Source of the DNA: an uncultured Alphaproteobacteria bacterium
Lineage (GTDB): Bacteria; Pseudomonadota; Alphaproteobacteria; Rhizobiales; Aestuariivirgaceae
Assembly: GCA_963700895.1 (NCBI GenBank)
Contig: CAVOZI010000010.1
Span: forward strand, 4,113-68,112
DNA: 64,000 nucleotides
Reading direction: 5' to 3'
Shown here piece after piece: positions 20,015 to 31,606 of the stretch (position 1 is its first letter; every line of letters begins with the position of its first letter). The notes below the pieces were generated by a model. It saw nothing but the letters and a program-made list of their open reading frames with translations, searched no databases and was not told the origin of the DNA. Position numbers and translations under genes: made by a program.

Positions 20015-21903
20015 GCACCACCGGACAACCCGCCCATCAGCACAAGCTCGCAGGCAATCGCCTCGATCTCCCGGCCAATCGGCCGGTCCTCATCCATGAA
20101 TGCCGAGTACTGCCGCACCATGGCGTGTGCTTGCGCCAACCGTGGTGCAATCCTGCCAGGCTTTGCCAGGTCCACCGCCTGCGCCGCGGCAACAAGTTCG
20201 TAGGCCACCAGGTAACTCATGGTCTCGCACAACTGATCCAGCTTGCGCGCCGCAAGCGGGCTCAAGGTGGCGGCATCCTCGGCCCCGTTGGCATTGAAGC
20301 TCGATACCACCGGCACCGGGTTGGACAGGTGGATCACCTCCGCCCGCAATGCCTCCAGTGGCTTCAGCAACGGACCGAAGCCGGCCCGGCTGGTCGCCGC
20401 TGACGACAACAACGCCGGCAATCCTGACAAATCGGGCGAGCACAGCCGCTGGATGCGCGAGACAAGATCGTTGGCTGCCTGAGCCAGCGCCCGCGATGCC
20501 GTATCGAGCGCCTGCGCAAGCCACGGCGTGTGATAGTTGCCAGCCGAGATCACCCGGTCTTCCGCAATGACGACGAGCGGATTGTCGAGACAGCTGTTGA
20601 TCTCGACCGTGACAGCCTGGTCCAGCATCTGCAGCGCCGCCAGCGCCGAGCCATGGATTTGTGCCACCGAGCGGATCGAGACCGGGTCCTGCAGCCGCCG
20701 CGCCGCGCCCGGCTCATGCAGGCCACTACCTTCAAGCAGGCGCATCAGCAGCGCCGCCGTTTCCGCCTGCCCCGGTTGCGGCCGCGCCCGGTTGGCAGCT
20801 GGCGCCAGCGGTGACAGGTTGGCCCTGAACCCTTCCATGCTCAGCGCCGCCGCCAGATTGGCCGCCTCCAGCACGCGGCGCGCCTTGGCCAGAGCCAGCG
20901 CCGCTGAACCCACCGAGTACGCCGGGTTGTTGCACAGCGCCAACCCGTCCTTCGGCCCCAGTTCAAGCGGCGTCAGCCCCACCTTCTTCAACGCTGCGGC
21001 AGCAGGCAGCCGTTCGCCATCTACAGTCGCCTCGCCCTCGCCGATGAGCGCATGCGCCATGCCGGCCATCACCACCAGGTCGCCCGCCCCGATGGAACCG
21101 GTGCGCGGCATCACCGGTGTGAACCCGGCATTGAGCGCGTCCGCCAGTGCATAGGCCAGATGGGGGCTCGCGCCAGCTTCGCCGCTCAGCATGGTATTGA
21201 GCCGCACCAGCATGGCGGCGCGAACCTCGGCCACGCTGAGCGGTTCTCCCACAGCCTGCGCCCGCCCCCGCACTGTCTGATAGGAGAACTCGGCCGCCTC
21301 ATCGCGCGACAGAAGCTCCGTGGCGCGCATGCCAAGGCCAGTGGTCAGCCCATAGGCTGGCAGCCCCTCGTCGAAGTAACGCTCCACCACGGCCCTGCCC
21401 CGATTCATGGCCGCGGCAGCATCCGGCGCCACCTGCACCTTGCGCCCCTGCGCCACGGCTTCCACGTCCGCCGGTGACAGTGCGCGGCCTGTCAGCATCA
21501 GCGGACCATCCTGCGTCTGGGCAGCGTTCGCCCCGGCCAGCAGCCGTTCGAGATTGATCACCGCGCGCTGGTGCTGGCCCGACATGATCACCTTGCCGCC
21601 CTGCCGCGCCTCCACGTCGAAGGTCAGCCGGATACCATCAACCGCGACGAGTTCGGAGCTGACGTCCACTGGCTTTTCTGGCGTGGCCGCGCCGAGGTGC
21701 TTGAGGTCAAAGCCGGTGCCGACGCTTGCTTCGCCCTCCTCGAAAAGATGCTCGACCGCATAGAGCGCGGCGAACTCCAGATAGCCGATGGTGGCAGGCG
21801 ACGACACCACGTCCACGCCGGCATTGCCGATGGCGGAGGCAAGATCGGACGGCTTCGGCCACACCTTGCCTTCATACCGCAGTCCGGGTTTGGCCGGTTT
21901 CAT
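20005..21903 (-). CDS. Fusion: FlK-type hot-dog thioesterase (N-term) + aromatic amino-acid (histidine) ammonia-lyase family domain
   Basis: N-term VVSSPATIGYLEFAA...GEASVG...KHL; C-term YGLTTGLG, GSIGAGDL, LGPKDGL, LQDPVSIR, DNPL. Confidence 0.8.
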   Translation of the reverse strand: MKPAKPGLRYEGKVWPKPSDLASAIGNAGVDVVSSPATIGYLEFAALYAVEHLFEEGEASVGTGFDLKHLGAATPEKPVDVSSELVAVDGIRLTFDVEARQGGKVIMSGQHQRAVINLERLLAGANAAQTQDGPLMLTGRALSPADVEAVAQGRKVQVAPDAAAAMNRGRAVVERYFDEGLPAYGLTTGLGMRATELLSRDEAAEFSYQTVRGRAQAVGEPLSVAEVRAAMLVRLNTMLSGEAGASPHLAYALADALNAGFTPVMPRTGSIGAGDLVVMAGMAHALIGEGEATVDGERLPAAAALKKVGLTPLELGPKDGLALCNNPAYSVGSAALALAKARRVLEAANLAAALSMEGFRANLSPLAPAANRARPQPGQAETAALLMRLLEGSGLHEPGAARRLQDPVSIRSVAQIHGSALAALQMLDQAVTVEINSCLDNPLVVIAEDRVISAGNYHTPWLAQALDTASRALAQAANDLVSRIQRLCSPDLSGLPALLSSAATSRAGFGPLLKPLEALRAEVIHLSNPVPVVSSFNANGAEDAATLSPLAARKLDQLCETMSYLVAYELVAAAQAVDLAKPGRIAPRLAQAHAMVRQYSAFMDEDRPIGREIEAIACELVLMGGLSGGAYR

Positions 21904-21937
21904 GAAACTTAATTCCGGAAGATTGGTCCGGCTTACC

Positions 21938-22660
21938 TTACGCAGGCCGGCCGGGCGGGGATGGTTTGCGAACACCGCCCGAGTCTAGGATGAAGCGGTT
22001 CGATCGCACAAGCTTGTCGCGCATGTTGCGGGCAAAACTGCTCTCCAGCGCGTTGGCGATTTCACCATCCTTGCTGGCCAGATCGCGAAGCATCTGCGCC
22101 TCGATGGCCCAGTAGCGGCTGTCGCGGATCAGTTTCACCGTCCCGTTGGCAGGGTCGCCATGCAGCGCCGTCATCTCGCCGGTAAAGGAGCCCGGTTCGC
22201 ACACCGCCACCGGCTTGCCGCCGGACGAGACCAGCGCCTGGCCATCGGCCAGATAGATCAGGTGACTGACCGGCTCGCCTTCCCGGGTAAGCCGCGTCTC
22301 CTTCTCTCCCGATATCCAGATGCCATGGTTGAGCAGCTTGCGCCGCTGCGCCATGGAGAGGTTCGGCAGGTGCCCATCCATGAAGGCGCGCTCCTCGTCA
22401 TTGAACCTCGCCGACCTGTTTTGATGCCAGGTGATTGCCAGCTGCACGATATTGACCAGCACCAGCAGCGTTTCCCAGAACACTCCGACCGGGTCCTTGA
22501 GCCAGAACCAGTCATAGGCGATGGCAACGAATGCCGACAGGATCACCAGTATTCGCAGCCAGGACATGCTGCGCATGACCATGGACAAAACCAGCAGAAG
22601 GTATGACGTGTGGCCAACCATGCCACCAGTGGAAAATGCGGATTCGAGTGTCAGCTCCAT
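21938..22660 (-). CDS. Membrane protein with cyclic-nucleotide-binding (Popeye-like) domain
   Basis: Three N-terminal TM segments (LSMVMRSMSWLR...FWETLLVLVN) then LTREGE...GSFTGE cNMP fold. Confidence 0.72.
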   Translation of the reverse strand: MELTLESAFSTGGMVGHTSYLLLVLSMVMRSMSWLRILVILSAFVAIAYDWFWLKDPVGVFWETLLVLVNIVQLAITWHQNRSARFNDEERAFMDGHLPNLSMAQRRKLLNHGIWISGEKETRLTREGEPVSHLIYLADGQALVSSGGKPVAVCEPGSFTGEMTALHGDPANGTVKLIRDSRYWAIEAQMLRDLASKDGEIANALESSFARNMRDKLVRSNRFILDSGGVRKPSPPGRPA

Positions 22661-22717
22661 ACGTCCATGCCCGTCTCTGTTCCGGAAGAGCAATGAAACG
22701 ATGAATACGGGTCAATC

Positions 22718-23746
22718 TCAAGACGCTACGTAAACCCAACGGCGCTTTTCTGCCGACGCGTAACAGGCCCGTTCGACCGCCTGCACAACCAGATAATCTG
22801 ACGCCTCGTTTTCCAGCGGCGCGCCATCGAGCATGTGTCGGACCACGTGGTTGCACAGGTTGAAGACGCAGTCGCCCCCAAATGCGGTGTCCGTGAAACC
22901 GAACTCGACCTGCGTCTCGTCGCGCGAGCCGTGCGCCCGCTGCCACAGCCGCCCCTGGCCATCCAGCCGGACGCTGGCGGCGGACCCCTCCAACAGCAGT
23001 TCGCCCATGGTGCGCCTTGTATTGTCGGCGGCATGGTCGACCAGCCGGTTGCCGTCCAGCACGCCCCGCACCCCGCCGGGCAAGTCGAAAATGATCAGCC
23101 CCGCGTCCTCGCCCGCAATCACCGGATTGAGGCGGCGCAGGTCGGCAAACACCGCGGACGGATTGCCGAACAGGTAGCGGAACGTGTCGATCCAGTGCAC
23201 CCCGGTTTCATGCACGAGAAATCGCTCCATCTTCTGGAAATAGGGCTGGCGCGACAGGTAGGCGTCCGGCCCCTGGCCATCACCCGGCCTGAGCCTGAAC
23301 GTCACCTGGTACACTTGGCCCAGCGCGCCCTGTTCGAGCAACTCCTTCACCTTCCGGTACCAGGGCTGAAAACGGAAATTCTCGTGAATGCAGATGAACT
23401 TGCCTGCCTTGCGCGACAGCTCGACCGCCTCTTGCGCTTCCTTCGGTGAAGTGCAGAACGGCTTCTGGCAGATCACCGCAATGCCGTGCTCCATGGCCGC
23501 CCGGATCAGCGGCAGGTGCGAGGACGGCGGCGTGGCAATGTCCACAAGATCTGGCCGCACCGCGTCGAGCATCACCGTCATGTCGGTGAACCAGGGCACG
23601 CCGGCAGCCTCTCCAGCCTCGCGCGCCACCTTCTCATTGATATCGCAAATTCCCGAAAGGACCGCCCCCGGCACCCGGCCCCAGGCCTCATGGTGCAGCC
23701 GTGCGAAATATCCAGCCCCGGCCACGGCGACCTTGAGCCCGCTCAT
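22718..23746 (-). CDS. Gfo/Idh/MocA oxidoreductase
   Basis: GAGYFA, DIATPP, CQKP, HENFRF, ETGVH. Confidence 0.9.
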   Translation of the reverse strand: MSGLKVAVAGAGYFARLHHEAWGRVPGAVLSGICDINEKVAREAGEAAGVPWFTDMTVMLDAVRPDLVDIATPPSSHLPLIRAAMEHGIAVICQKPFCTSPKEAQEAVELSRKAGKFICIHENFRFQPWYRKVKELLEQGALGQVYQVTFRLRPGDGQGPDAYLSRQPYFQKMERFLVHETGVHWIDTFRYLFGNPSAVFADLRRLNPVIAGEDAGLIIFDLPGGVRGVLDGNRLVDHAADNTRRTMGELLLEGSAASVRLDGQGRLWQRAHGSRDETQVEFGFTDTAFGGDCVFNLCNHVVRHMLDGAPLENEASDYLVVQAVERACYASAEKRRWVYVAS

Positions 23747-24753
23747 GGCGCAAGTCCTTTCGCCGCCAGCAGCGGCGCGATATCCGCGCGCCAGTGCGGC
23801 AATGGGTGTCCGGCCACCGGCATCGGAAAGTGCGCAATCCATTCGCCCAGAAGGCAGCCAAGATAAGCGGTTTTCATGCCGGTTCCACCAAATGCAAGAT
23901 TGGAAATGTTTGAAAGCCTGAGTGATTTAACCCCGTCGAGATGCGGCCGCCCCATTTCGCCCGCCTGGAAGGCATTCTCCACCCACGCCAGGTGATCAGG
24001 ATCGACGTCCTCCAGCCAGATGGCTTGACTGCCATCAGCCGCCACCCGCACCACGCGGTTCGAGACGATGGAGGTCACCCACGCATTGCCTTCCACGTCG
24101 AAGGCCAGGCCATCAGGAAAGGTGCCGGCGCCGAACTCGCAGACCGTCTGGCGCGGGCCCAACTGGCCTGCCCCCAGCAGTTCGAAGCGCGACAACCGCC
24201 GCCCGAACGTCTCGTTGACATAGAGCCAGCGTCCCGATGGATGGACCATGCATTCGTTGGTGTAACCCAGCCCATCCGCCACGACGCGCGCCGCACCGTT
24301 TGCCTCAACGTGAACGATGAAACCATCGTCCACGTCCTTGCGGTAACCGAGCGATCGCGGCACCCGCCGGGTGGACACGGTGAGCCACAGCCCGCCCGCG
24401 CCATCGGAAATGACGAAGTTGCAGGGCGGCAGCGGCTCACCGTCAAGTTCAGTGATCACGGCCTCGGTCGAACCATCCGGCTTCAGCCGGAACACCCCGC
24501 CGGTCTCATCGCCAAGCTGCGCCGTGAGGATCGACCCACCCTCCTCCAGCGCGATGCCATTTGGCCGCAGCGGATCATCCGCCGTCCGGTCGCGGGCAAG
24601 GTGGCGGACGGTGCGCCCGTCCGGCAGGATGAGCGACACCCCGCCCCCGTCCGTCCAGTCCGGCACGATCAGCAAACCCGAGACATGGGCCAGCACGCAT
24701 TCCGGCCGCCTCAGGCCCTCGCCGGCAAAGCTGAGACCCGCAAGCGGCTGCAT
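23743..24753 (-). CDS. SMP-30/gluconolactonase family protein
   Basis: RPECV, PNGI, YTNEC, FPDGLAFD.EGN propeller motifs. Confidence 0.82.
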   Translation of the reverse strand: MQPLAGLSFAGEGLRRPECVLAHVSGLLIVPDWTDGGGVSLILPDGRTVRHLARDRTADDPLRPNGIALEEGGSILTAQLGDETGGVFRLKPDGSTEAVITELDGEPLPPCNFVISDGAGGLWLTVSTRRVPRSLGYRKDVDDGFIVHVEANGAARVVADGLGYTNECMVHPSGRWLYVNETFGRRLSRFELLGAGQLGPRQTVCEFGAGTFPDGLAFDVEGNAWVTSIVSNRVVRVAADGSQAIWLEDVDPDHLAWVENAFQAGEMGRPHLDGVKSLRLSNISNLAFGGTGMKTAYLGCLLGEWIAHFPMPVAGHPLPHWRADIAPLLAAKGLAP

Positions 24754-24756
24754 CGC

Positions 24757-26524
<1,768 letters not shown>

Positions 26525-26532
<8 letters not shown>

Positions 26533-27511
26533 GATCGTAGTCCTCGATGTAATGGCGCACGATATCGTCCACCGAATTGTCCTTGGGCAGTCCGAGCGAG
26601 ACGGCGCGAATGTCGTCGGTCGCCGACGGCCAGCTCTTCACGATCGCCTCGATGAACGGATCCGGTTTGACGGTAATCTCGCCCAGCTTGCGATTGTGGG
26701 CGACGCGCTTCAGCGCCGCGATCATGTCGGCCACCGTCACGTCCATCGACGGCAGCGATACCGCTCGGTCATCGCCCAGTCTGTCGCCGGGCAGTTCATG
26801 GAGCGCGAGGATGCCCTCTACGATTTTGCGGTAACCCAGCACCGGCATCACCGTCTCCGGTTCCACCGGCAGCACGTAATCCTCGCCCTTCAATGGCTCG
26901 CGGAAGACGGCCGAGGCAAACGAGGAGGCCGCGGCATTCGGTTTGCCGGGCCGGATGATCACCGTGGGGAGCCGCACCGAGCGGCCATCAAGGAAGCCCT
27001 TGCGGGTATAGTCGTTGATGAGGAGTTCGCAGCAAGCCTTGGTCATGCCGTAGGTGGTCTGCGGCGTCTGTTTGCCGAGATCGCCGACAACGTCCGGCAT
27101 GTGGCTGCCGCCGAACACCGCGATGGACGAAGCAAACACCAGCCGCGGGCAGGACGCGCGCGCCCTCAGCGCCTCGAACATGTTGAGCCCGCCGGTCAGG
27201 TTGACCCGGATGGCCATGTCGAAGTCCTTCTCGCCCCCGCCCGACACCACCGACGCCAGGTGAAACACCGAGATATCGTCCCGGTCGATCAGCCTGTCCA
27301 CGGTGGCGCGGTCGGAAATGTCGCCGGTCACCACGCTCACCTCGCCGTCCAGCCCCATCGGCAGCGGATCGGGGGCAGCGACATCGAACAGCACCACTTC
27401 TTCCACCGGAACCTGCGTACCGTCCGGCCCGGCAAGGGTTCCCTTGTCGATAATGCGCCGCGCCAGGCGGGCCCCGATGAACCCGGTGCCGCCGGTAATC
27501 AAAACTTTCAT
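26525..27511 (-). CDS. NAD-dependent epimerase/dehydrogenase, D-erythronate dehydrogenase (DenD)-like
   Basis: TGGTGFIG, HLASVVSG, YGMTK, RLPTVIIRPGKPNAAASSF. Confidence 0.82.
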
Positions 27512-27624
27512 GTCTGACGTCTGCCTCCCCGCATTTGCGCCCCGCAGATTGTGTTGTATGCGGTTGCCGAAAGCTGCCACATTGCTGGCGCAGGCGCAAA
27601 ACAGATTCCGGGCGGGAGAATGAA

Positions 27625-28380
27625 ATGACGGGCAGGCTGAAGGGCAAGACGGCACTGGTAACGGCGGCGGGACAGGGCATGGGCAGGTCTGCCGCCATCG
27701 CCATGGCGCGTGAAGGCGCAAAGGTCATCGCCACCGACATCAACAAGGATGCGCTGGCCGAGGTGAAGAGCCAGGCGCGCGGCATCAAGACCTACCTGCT
27801 GGACGTCACCAAGCCCAGGCAGGTCGAGCGCATCATCGAAAAAGTTGGCCCCGTGGATGTCCTGTTCAACTGTTCGGGCTACGTCCATCACGGCACCATC
27901 CTCGACTGTGACGACGCGGCCTGGGACTTTTCCTTCAAGCTCAACGTCAAGGCCCAGTACCGCATGGCCAAGGCGGTCATTCCCGGCATGATCGAACGCG
28001 GCGGCGGTTCAATCATCAACATGTCGTCGGTGGTGTCGTCGATAAAGGGGGCGCCGTCACGCTTCGTCTATGGCGCCACCAAGGCCGCCGTCATCGGCAT
28101 GACGCGCTCCATTGCGGTGGATTTCGTCAAGCAGAATGTCCGCTGCAATGCCATCTGCCCTGGCACCATCGACACGCCATCGCTTCGTCAGCGCATGGAA
28201 AGGCTGGGCGAGCAGATGGGTGGTTATGACAAGGCACGCGAATGGTTCCTGTCGCGCCAGCCCGCCGGCAAACTGGCCGATGCCGACGACGTGGCCCCGC
28301 TGATCGTCTGGCTGGCGTCGGACGAGTCGTCGTTCGTGACGGGCCAGAACCACGTCATCTGCGGCGGCTGGTCGATCTAG
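27625..28380 (+). CDS. SDR, 2-keto-3-deoxy-L-fuconate dehydrogenase/BDH2-like
   Basis: TAAGQGMG, NCSGYVHHGTIL, YGATK, NAICPGT. Confidence 0.85.
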   Translation: MTGRLKGKTALVTAAGQGMGRSAAIAMAREGAKVIATDINKDALAEVKSQARGIKTYLLDVTKPRQVERIIEKVGPVDVLFNCSGYVHHGTILDCDDAAWDFSFKLNVKAQYRMAKAVIPGMIERGGGSIINMSSVVSSIKGAPSRFVYGATKAAVIGMTRSIAVDFVKQNVRCNAICPGTIDTPSLRQRMERLGEQMGGYDKAREWFLSRQPAGKLADADDVAPLIVWLASDESSFVTGQNHVICGGWSI

Positions 28381-28401
28381 GGTCAGGACAGCGCGTTCAG
28401 G

Positions 28402-30291
28402 TCACTCGGCAGCCGTTGCCTCTGCAGATTCATCATCGCTGGAGGCAATGAATCCGCCGGACTGGCGCGCCCACAACGAGGCATACAAGCCACCCTGCTC
28501 CAGCAGTTCCGCATGGTTGCCCATCTCGACGATGGCGCCCTTGTCCATCACCACCAGCCGGTCCATGGCTGCGATGGTAGACAGCCGGTGGGCGATGGCG
28601 AGCACCGTCTTGCCCTGCATCAGGCTGGAGAAGCTTTCCTGGATGACGGCCTCCACCTCTGAATCGAGCGCGCTGGTGGCTTCATCGAGAATGAGGATAG
28701 GCGCGTCCTTGAGCAGCACCCGGGCAATGGCAATGCGCTGGCGCTGGCCGCCTGACAGCTTGACCCCGCGCTCGCCGACATGACTGTCGTAGCCGGTGCG
28801 GCCGCGCTGGTCCTCAAGCTTGAGGATGAAATCGTGCGCCGCCGCCTTGCGGGCCGCCTCCTCGACCTCATCCATGCCCGCTGACGGGCGACCGTAGCGG
28901 ATGTTGTCGGCGATGGAGCGGTGCAGCAGCGAGGTATCCTGGGTGACCATGCCGATCTGGGCCCGCAGGCTCGACTGCGTGACCTTCGAGATATCCTGCC
29001 CGTCGATCAGGATGCGGCCCTGTTCGAGGTCATAGAATCGCAGCAGCAGCGATACGAGCGTCGACTTGCCTGCGCCCGAGCGGCCGACAATGCCGAGCTT
29101 CTCGCCCGGTTTCACCGTCAGCGACAGCTTGTCGATGATGCCCTGGTCAAGCTGGTCGCGGTCCTTGCCATAGTGAAAGCCGATACCTTCAAAACGGATC
29201 TCGCCGCGCGGCACCGACAACACGCCGGCACCGGGCGCATCAACCACGCTGCGGGCGCGCGAGATCGTCTCGACCCCGTCCTGCACCACGCCGATGTTTT
29301 CGAACAGGCCCGACACTTCCCACATGATCCAGTGCGACATGCCCTTGAGCCTGAGCACCAGCCCGATGGCGAAGGCGATGGCGCCGGCGCTCACCGCCCC
29401 GATCGACCACAGCCAGAGCGATGTCGCACCGACGGCGAAAAGGTTCAGCGCATTGAGCACGTTGAGCGACGTGATCAGCTTGGTCGACAGCCGCATCTGC
29501 TGGTGGACATTGTCGAGAAACGGTTCCATGCCCTTGCGCGCATACTCGTCCTCGAATTCGGTGTGGGCGAACATCTTCACCGTGGGAATGTTGGTGTAGC
29601 TGTCAACGATACGGCCCGTTACCAGCGAGCGTGCGTCCGCCTGCGCCTTCGACACACGCTTGAGCCGCGGCACAAAATGATAGAGCGCGCCAACATAACC
29701 GATCAGCCAGCCCAGCATGGGCAGCGAAAGCCGCCAGTCGCTTTGCGCAAACAACACCAGGGCGGCGGTGAAATAGACAATAACGAAGACGAACACGTCC
29801 GCCGATTTCAGCACCGTTTCGCGCACCGCCAGCGCGGCTTGCATCACCTTGGTGGCAATGCGCCCGGCAAAGTCGTTCTGGAAGAACTCCAGCGACTGAC
29901 GCAACACATAGCGGTGGGCCTCCCAGCGGATGCGCATGGGAAAGTTGCCCATCAGCGTCTGGTGGACGATCAGTTCATACAGGAAGTTGAGCAGCGGCTG
30001 CAGCACCAGCACCAGCCCGGCCAGCAGCAGCAGCTCGACCTTGTAATCGGCAAACACCGCATCCGGAGAGGTCTTCGCCAGCCAGTCCACCACCGAACCC
30101 AGAAAGGCGAACAGCGAAACCTCGATGATAGCCACGGTGGCTGCCAGCAGCGAGGTCGTGGCAATCCACGGCCAGAACGGCTTGGTATAAAACCAGATGA
30201 ACCCGCTCAAGGTGGCAGGCGGCATCTTCGCCTCGCCTTGCGAAAACGCTTCGGTACGGGTTTCAAACCATTTGAACAGGCGGTCGATCAT
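28402..30291 (-). CDS. ABC exporter, fused permease/ATPase
   Basis: FFQNDFAGRIA, GRSGAGKST, LSGGQRQR, LDEATSALD. Confidence 0.92.
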   Translation of the reverse strand: MIDRLFKWFETRTEAFSQGEAKMPPATLSGFIWFYTKPFWPWIATTSLLAATVAIIEVSLFAFLGSVVDWLAKTSPDAVFADYKVELLLLAGLVLVLQPLLNFLYELIVHQTLMGNFPMRIRWEAHRYVLRQSLEFFQNDFAGRIATKVMQAALAVRETVLKSADVFVFVIVYFTAALVLFAQSDWRLSLPMLGWLIGYVGALYHFVPRLKRVSKAQADARSLVTGRIVDSYTNIPTVKMFAHTEFEDEYARKGMEPFLDNVHQQMRLSTKLITSLNVLNALNLFAVGATSLWLWSIGAVSAGAIAFAIGLVLRLKGMSHWIMWEVSGLFENIGVVQDGVETISRARSVVDAPGAGVLSVPRGEIRFEGIGFHYGKDRDQLDQGIIDKLSLTVKPGEKLGIVGRSGAGKSTLVSLLLRFYDLEQGRILIDGQDISKVTQSSLRAQIGMVTQDTSLLHRSIADNIRYGRPSAGMDEVEEAARKAAAHDFILKLEDQRGRTGYDSHVGERGVKLSGGQRQRIAIARVLLKDAPILILDEATSALDSEVEAVIQESFSSLMQGKTVLAIAHRLSTIAAMDRLVVMDKGAIVEMGNHAELLEQGGLYASLWARQSGGFIASSDDESAEATAAE

Positions 30292-30404
30292 GATGCCTCG
30301 TTGCAAGGCCCGTCCCGGATGGTCCGGCCTCTTCCGGGCCAACGCCTAGCACGGGATCGCGTTGCAACAAAGACACCGGGCAGCCGGGCAGCAATGCATG
30401 CAGG

Positions 30405-31502
30405 TCAGGCCTGGATGGCCTCCAGCACCTTGCCGGCGATCTGCTTCAGGCCGGCCTTGCCGCCCACCTCGCAGGGCACCAGGGCGCCGTCTGCAAAGGC
30501 TGACGGTACCGCAAGACGAAACGTCTCGCCGGCCTCGCTGAACGCCTCGTCGCCCGTGCTCTCGCCCAGCCAGTCGAGCATCATGGCACCGGACAGCAAC
30601 ATGGCCGTGGGGTTGGCCTTGCCGGTACCCATGATGTCGGGCGCGGTGCCGTGACAGGGCTGGAACAGTGCGTGCTTGTCGCCGATGTCCGCAGACGGCG
30701 CCATGCCCATGCCGCCCATCAGCGCTGCAGCCGCATCGGACAGGATGTCGCCGAACATGTTCTCCGTCACCATCACGTCCCAGTTCCACGGGTTGCGGAT
30801 CAGCGACAGCGCCATGGCATCGACATACCAGTGATCGGCCTTGATGTCGGGGAACAGCGCGGCGCGCTCGTAGAAAACCTTGCGCATGAAGGCGAAGGCG
30901 GCAAACACGTTGGCCTTGTCGACGCAGGTCACCCGGCCCTCGCCCCGGCCACGCGCCTTGCGCCGCTGCGCCAGCCGGAAACCGAAGTCGGCCAGCCGCT
31001 CTGTGGCCTTGCGGGTTATCAGCAGCGTTTCGCGTGCTTCCTGGTCGCCCTTGAGTTGAGGGGTCATGCGCGAATGAAACAGCCCCTCGGTGTTCTCGCG
31101 GATCAGCACGAAATCGAGGTTGGCGGCGCGCGGGTCCTTCAGCGGCACCGGCGAACCGGGAAAGGTTTCCACCGGGCGCACCCCGGCATAGAGGTCGAAA
31201 ATCTCGCGCAATTCGATCTGTGGCGTGATCTCACGCCCGTCCGGGTAGCGCACCTCCGGCAGGCCCATGGCGCCGAGCAGCATCACGTCGGCTTCACCTG
31301 CCCGCTTTACCACATCATCTGGCAGAGCCACGCCGGTATCGCGGAATACTCCGGCTCCGGCCTCCAGCGTTTCGAACGAGAAGCTGAACCCGCCATGGCG
31401 CGCCGCCAGTGCATCGAGGCAGGCAACGCAAGGTTCCATCACCTCGCGGCCGATGCCGTCACCCGGCAGTACCGCGACGTGGATTGAATTCGATGACGCC
31501 AT
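30405..31502 (-). CDS. Isocitrate/isopropylmalate/tartrate dehydrogenase family
   Basis: PGDGIG.E, RENTEG, VDKAN, ENMFGDILSD, HGTAPDI. Confidence 0.9.
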   Translation of the reverse strand: MASSNSIHVAVLPGDGIGREVMEPCVACLDALAARHGGFSFSFETLEAGAGVFRDTGVALPDDVVKRAGEADVMLLGAMGLPEVRYPDGREITPQIELREIFDLYAGVRPVETFPGSPVPLKDPRAANLDFVLIRENTEGLFHSRMTPQLKGDQEARETLLITRKATERLADFGFRLAQRRKARGRGEGRVTCVDKANVFAAFAFMRKVFYERAALFPDIKADHWYVDAMALSLIRNPWNWDVMVTENMFGDILSDAAAALMGGMGMAPSADIGDKHALFQPCHGTAPDIMGTGKANPTAMLLSGAMMLDWLGESTGDEAFSEAGETFRLAVPSAFADGALVPCEVGGKAGLKQIAGKVLEAIQA

Positions 31503-31606
31503 TGAGATGCCTCCTGCCCCGCAATCGAGGCCGCAGGCTGTCGCATCAACGCAGGCCTTGCAAGCAAGTTATTCTCACCCGCTAGTCAAGCCCGTTATCA
31601 CGACCA

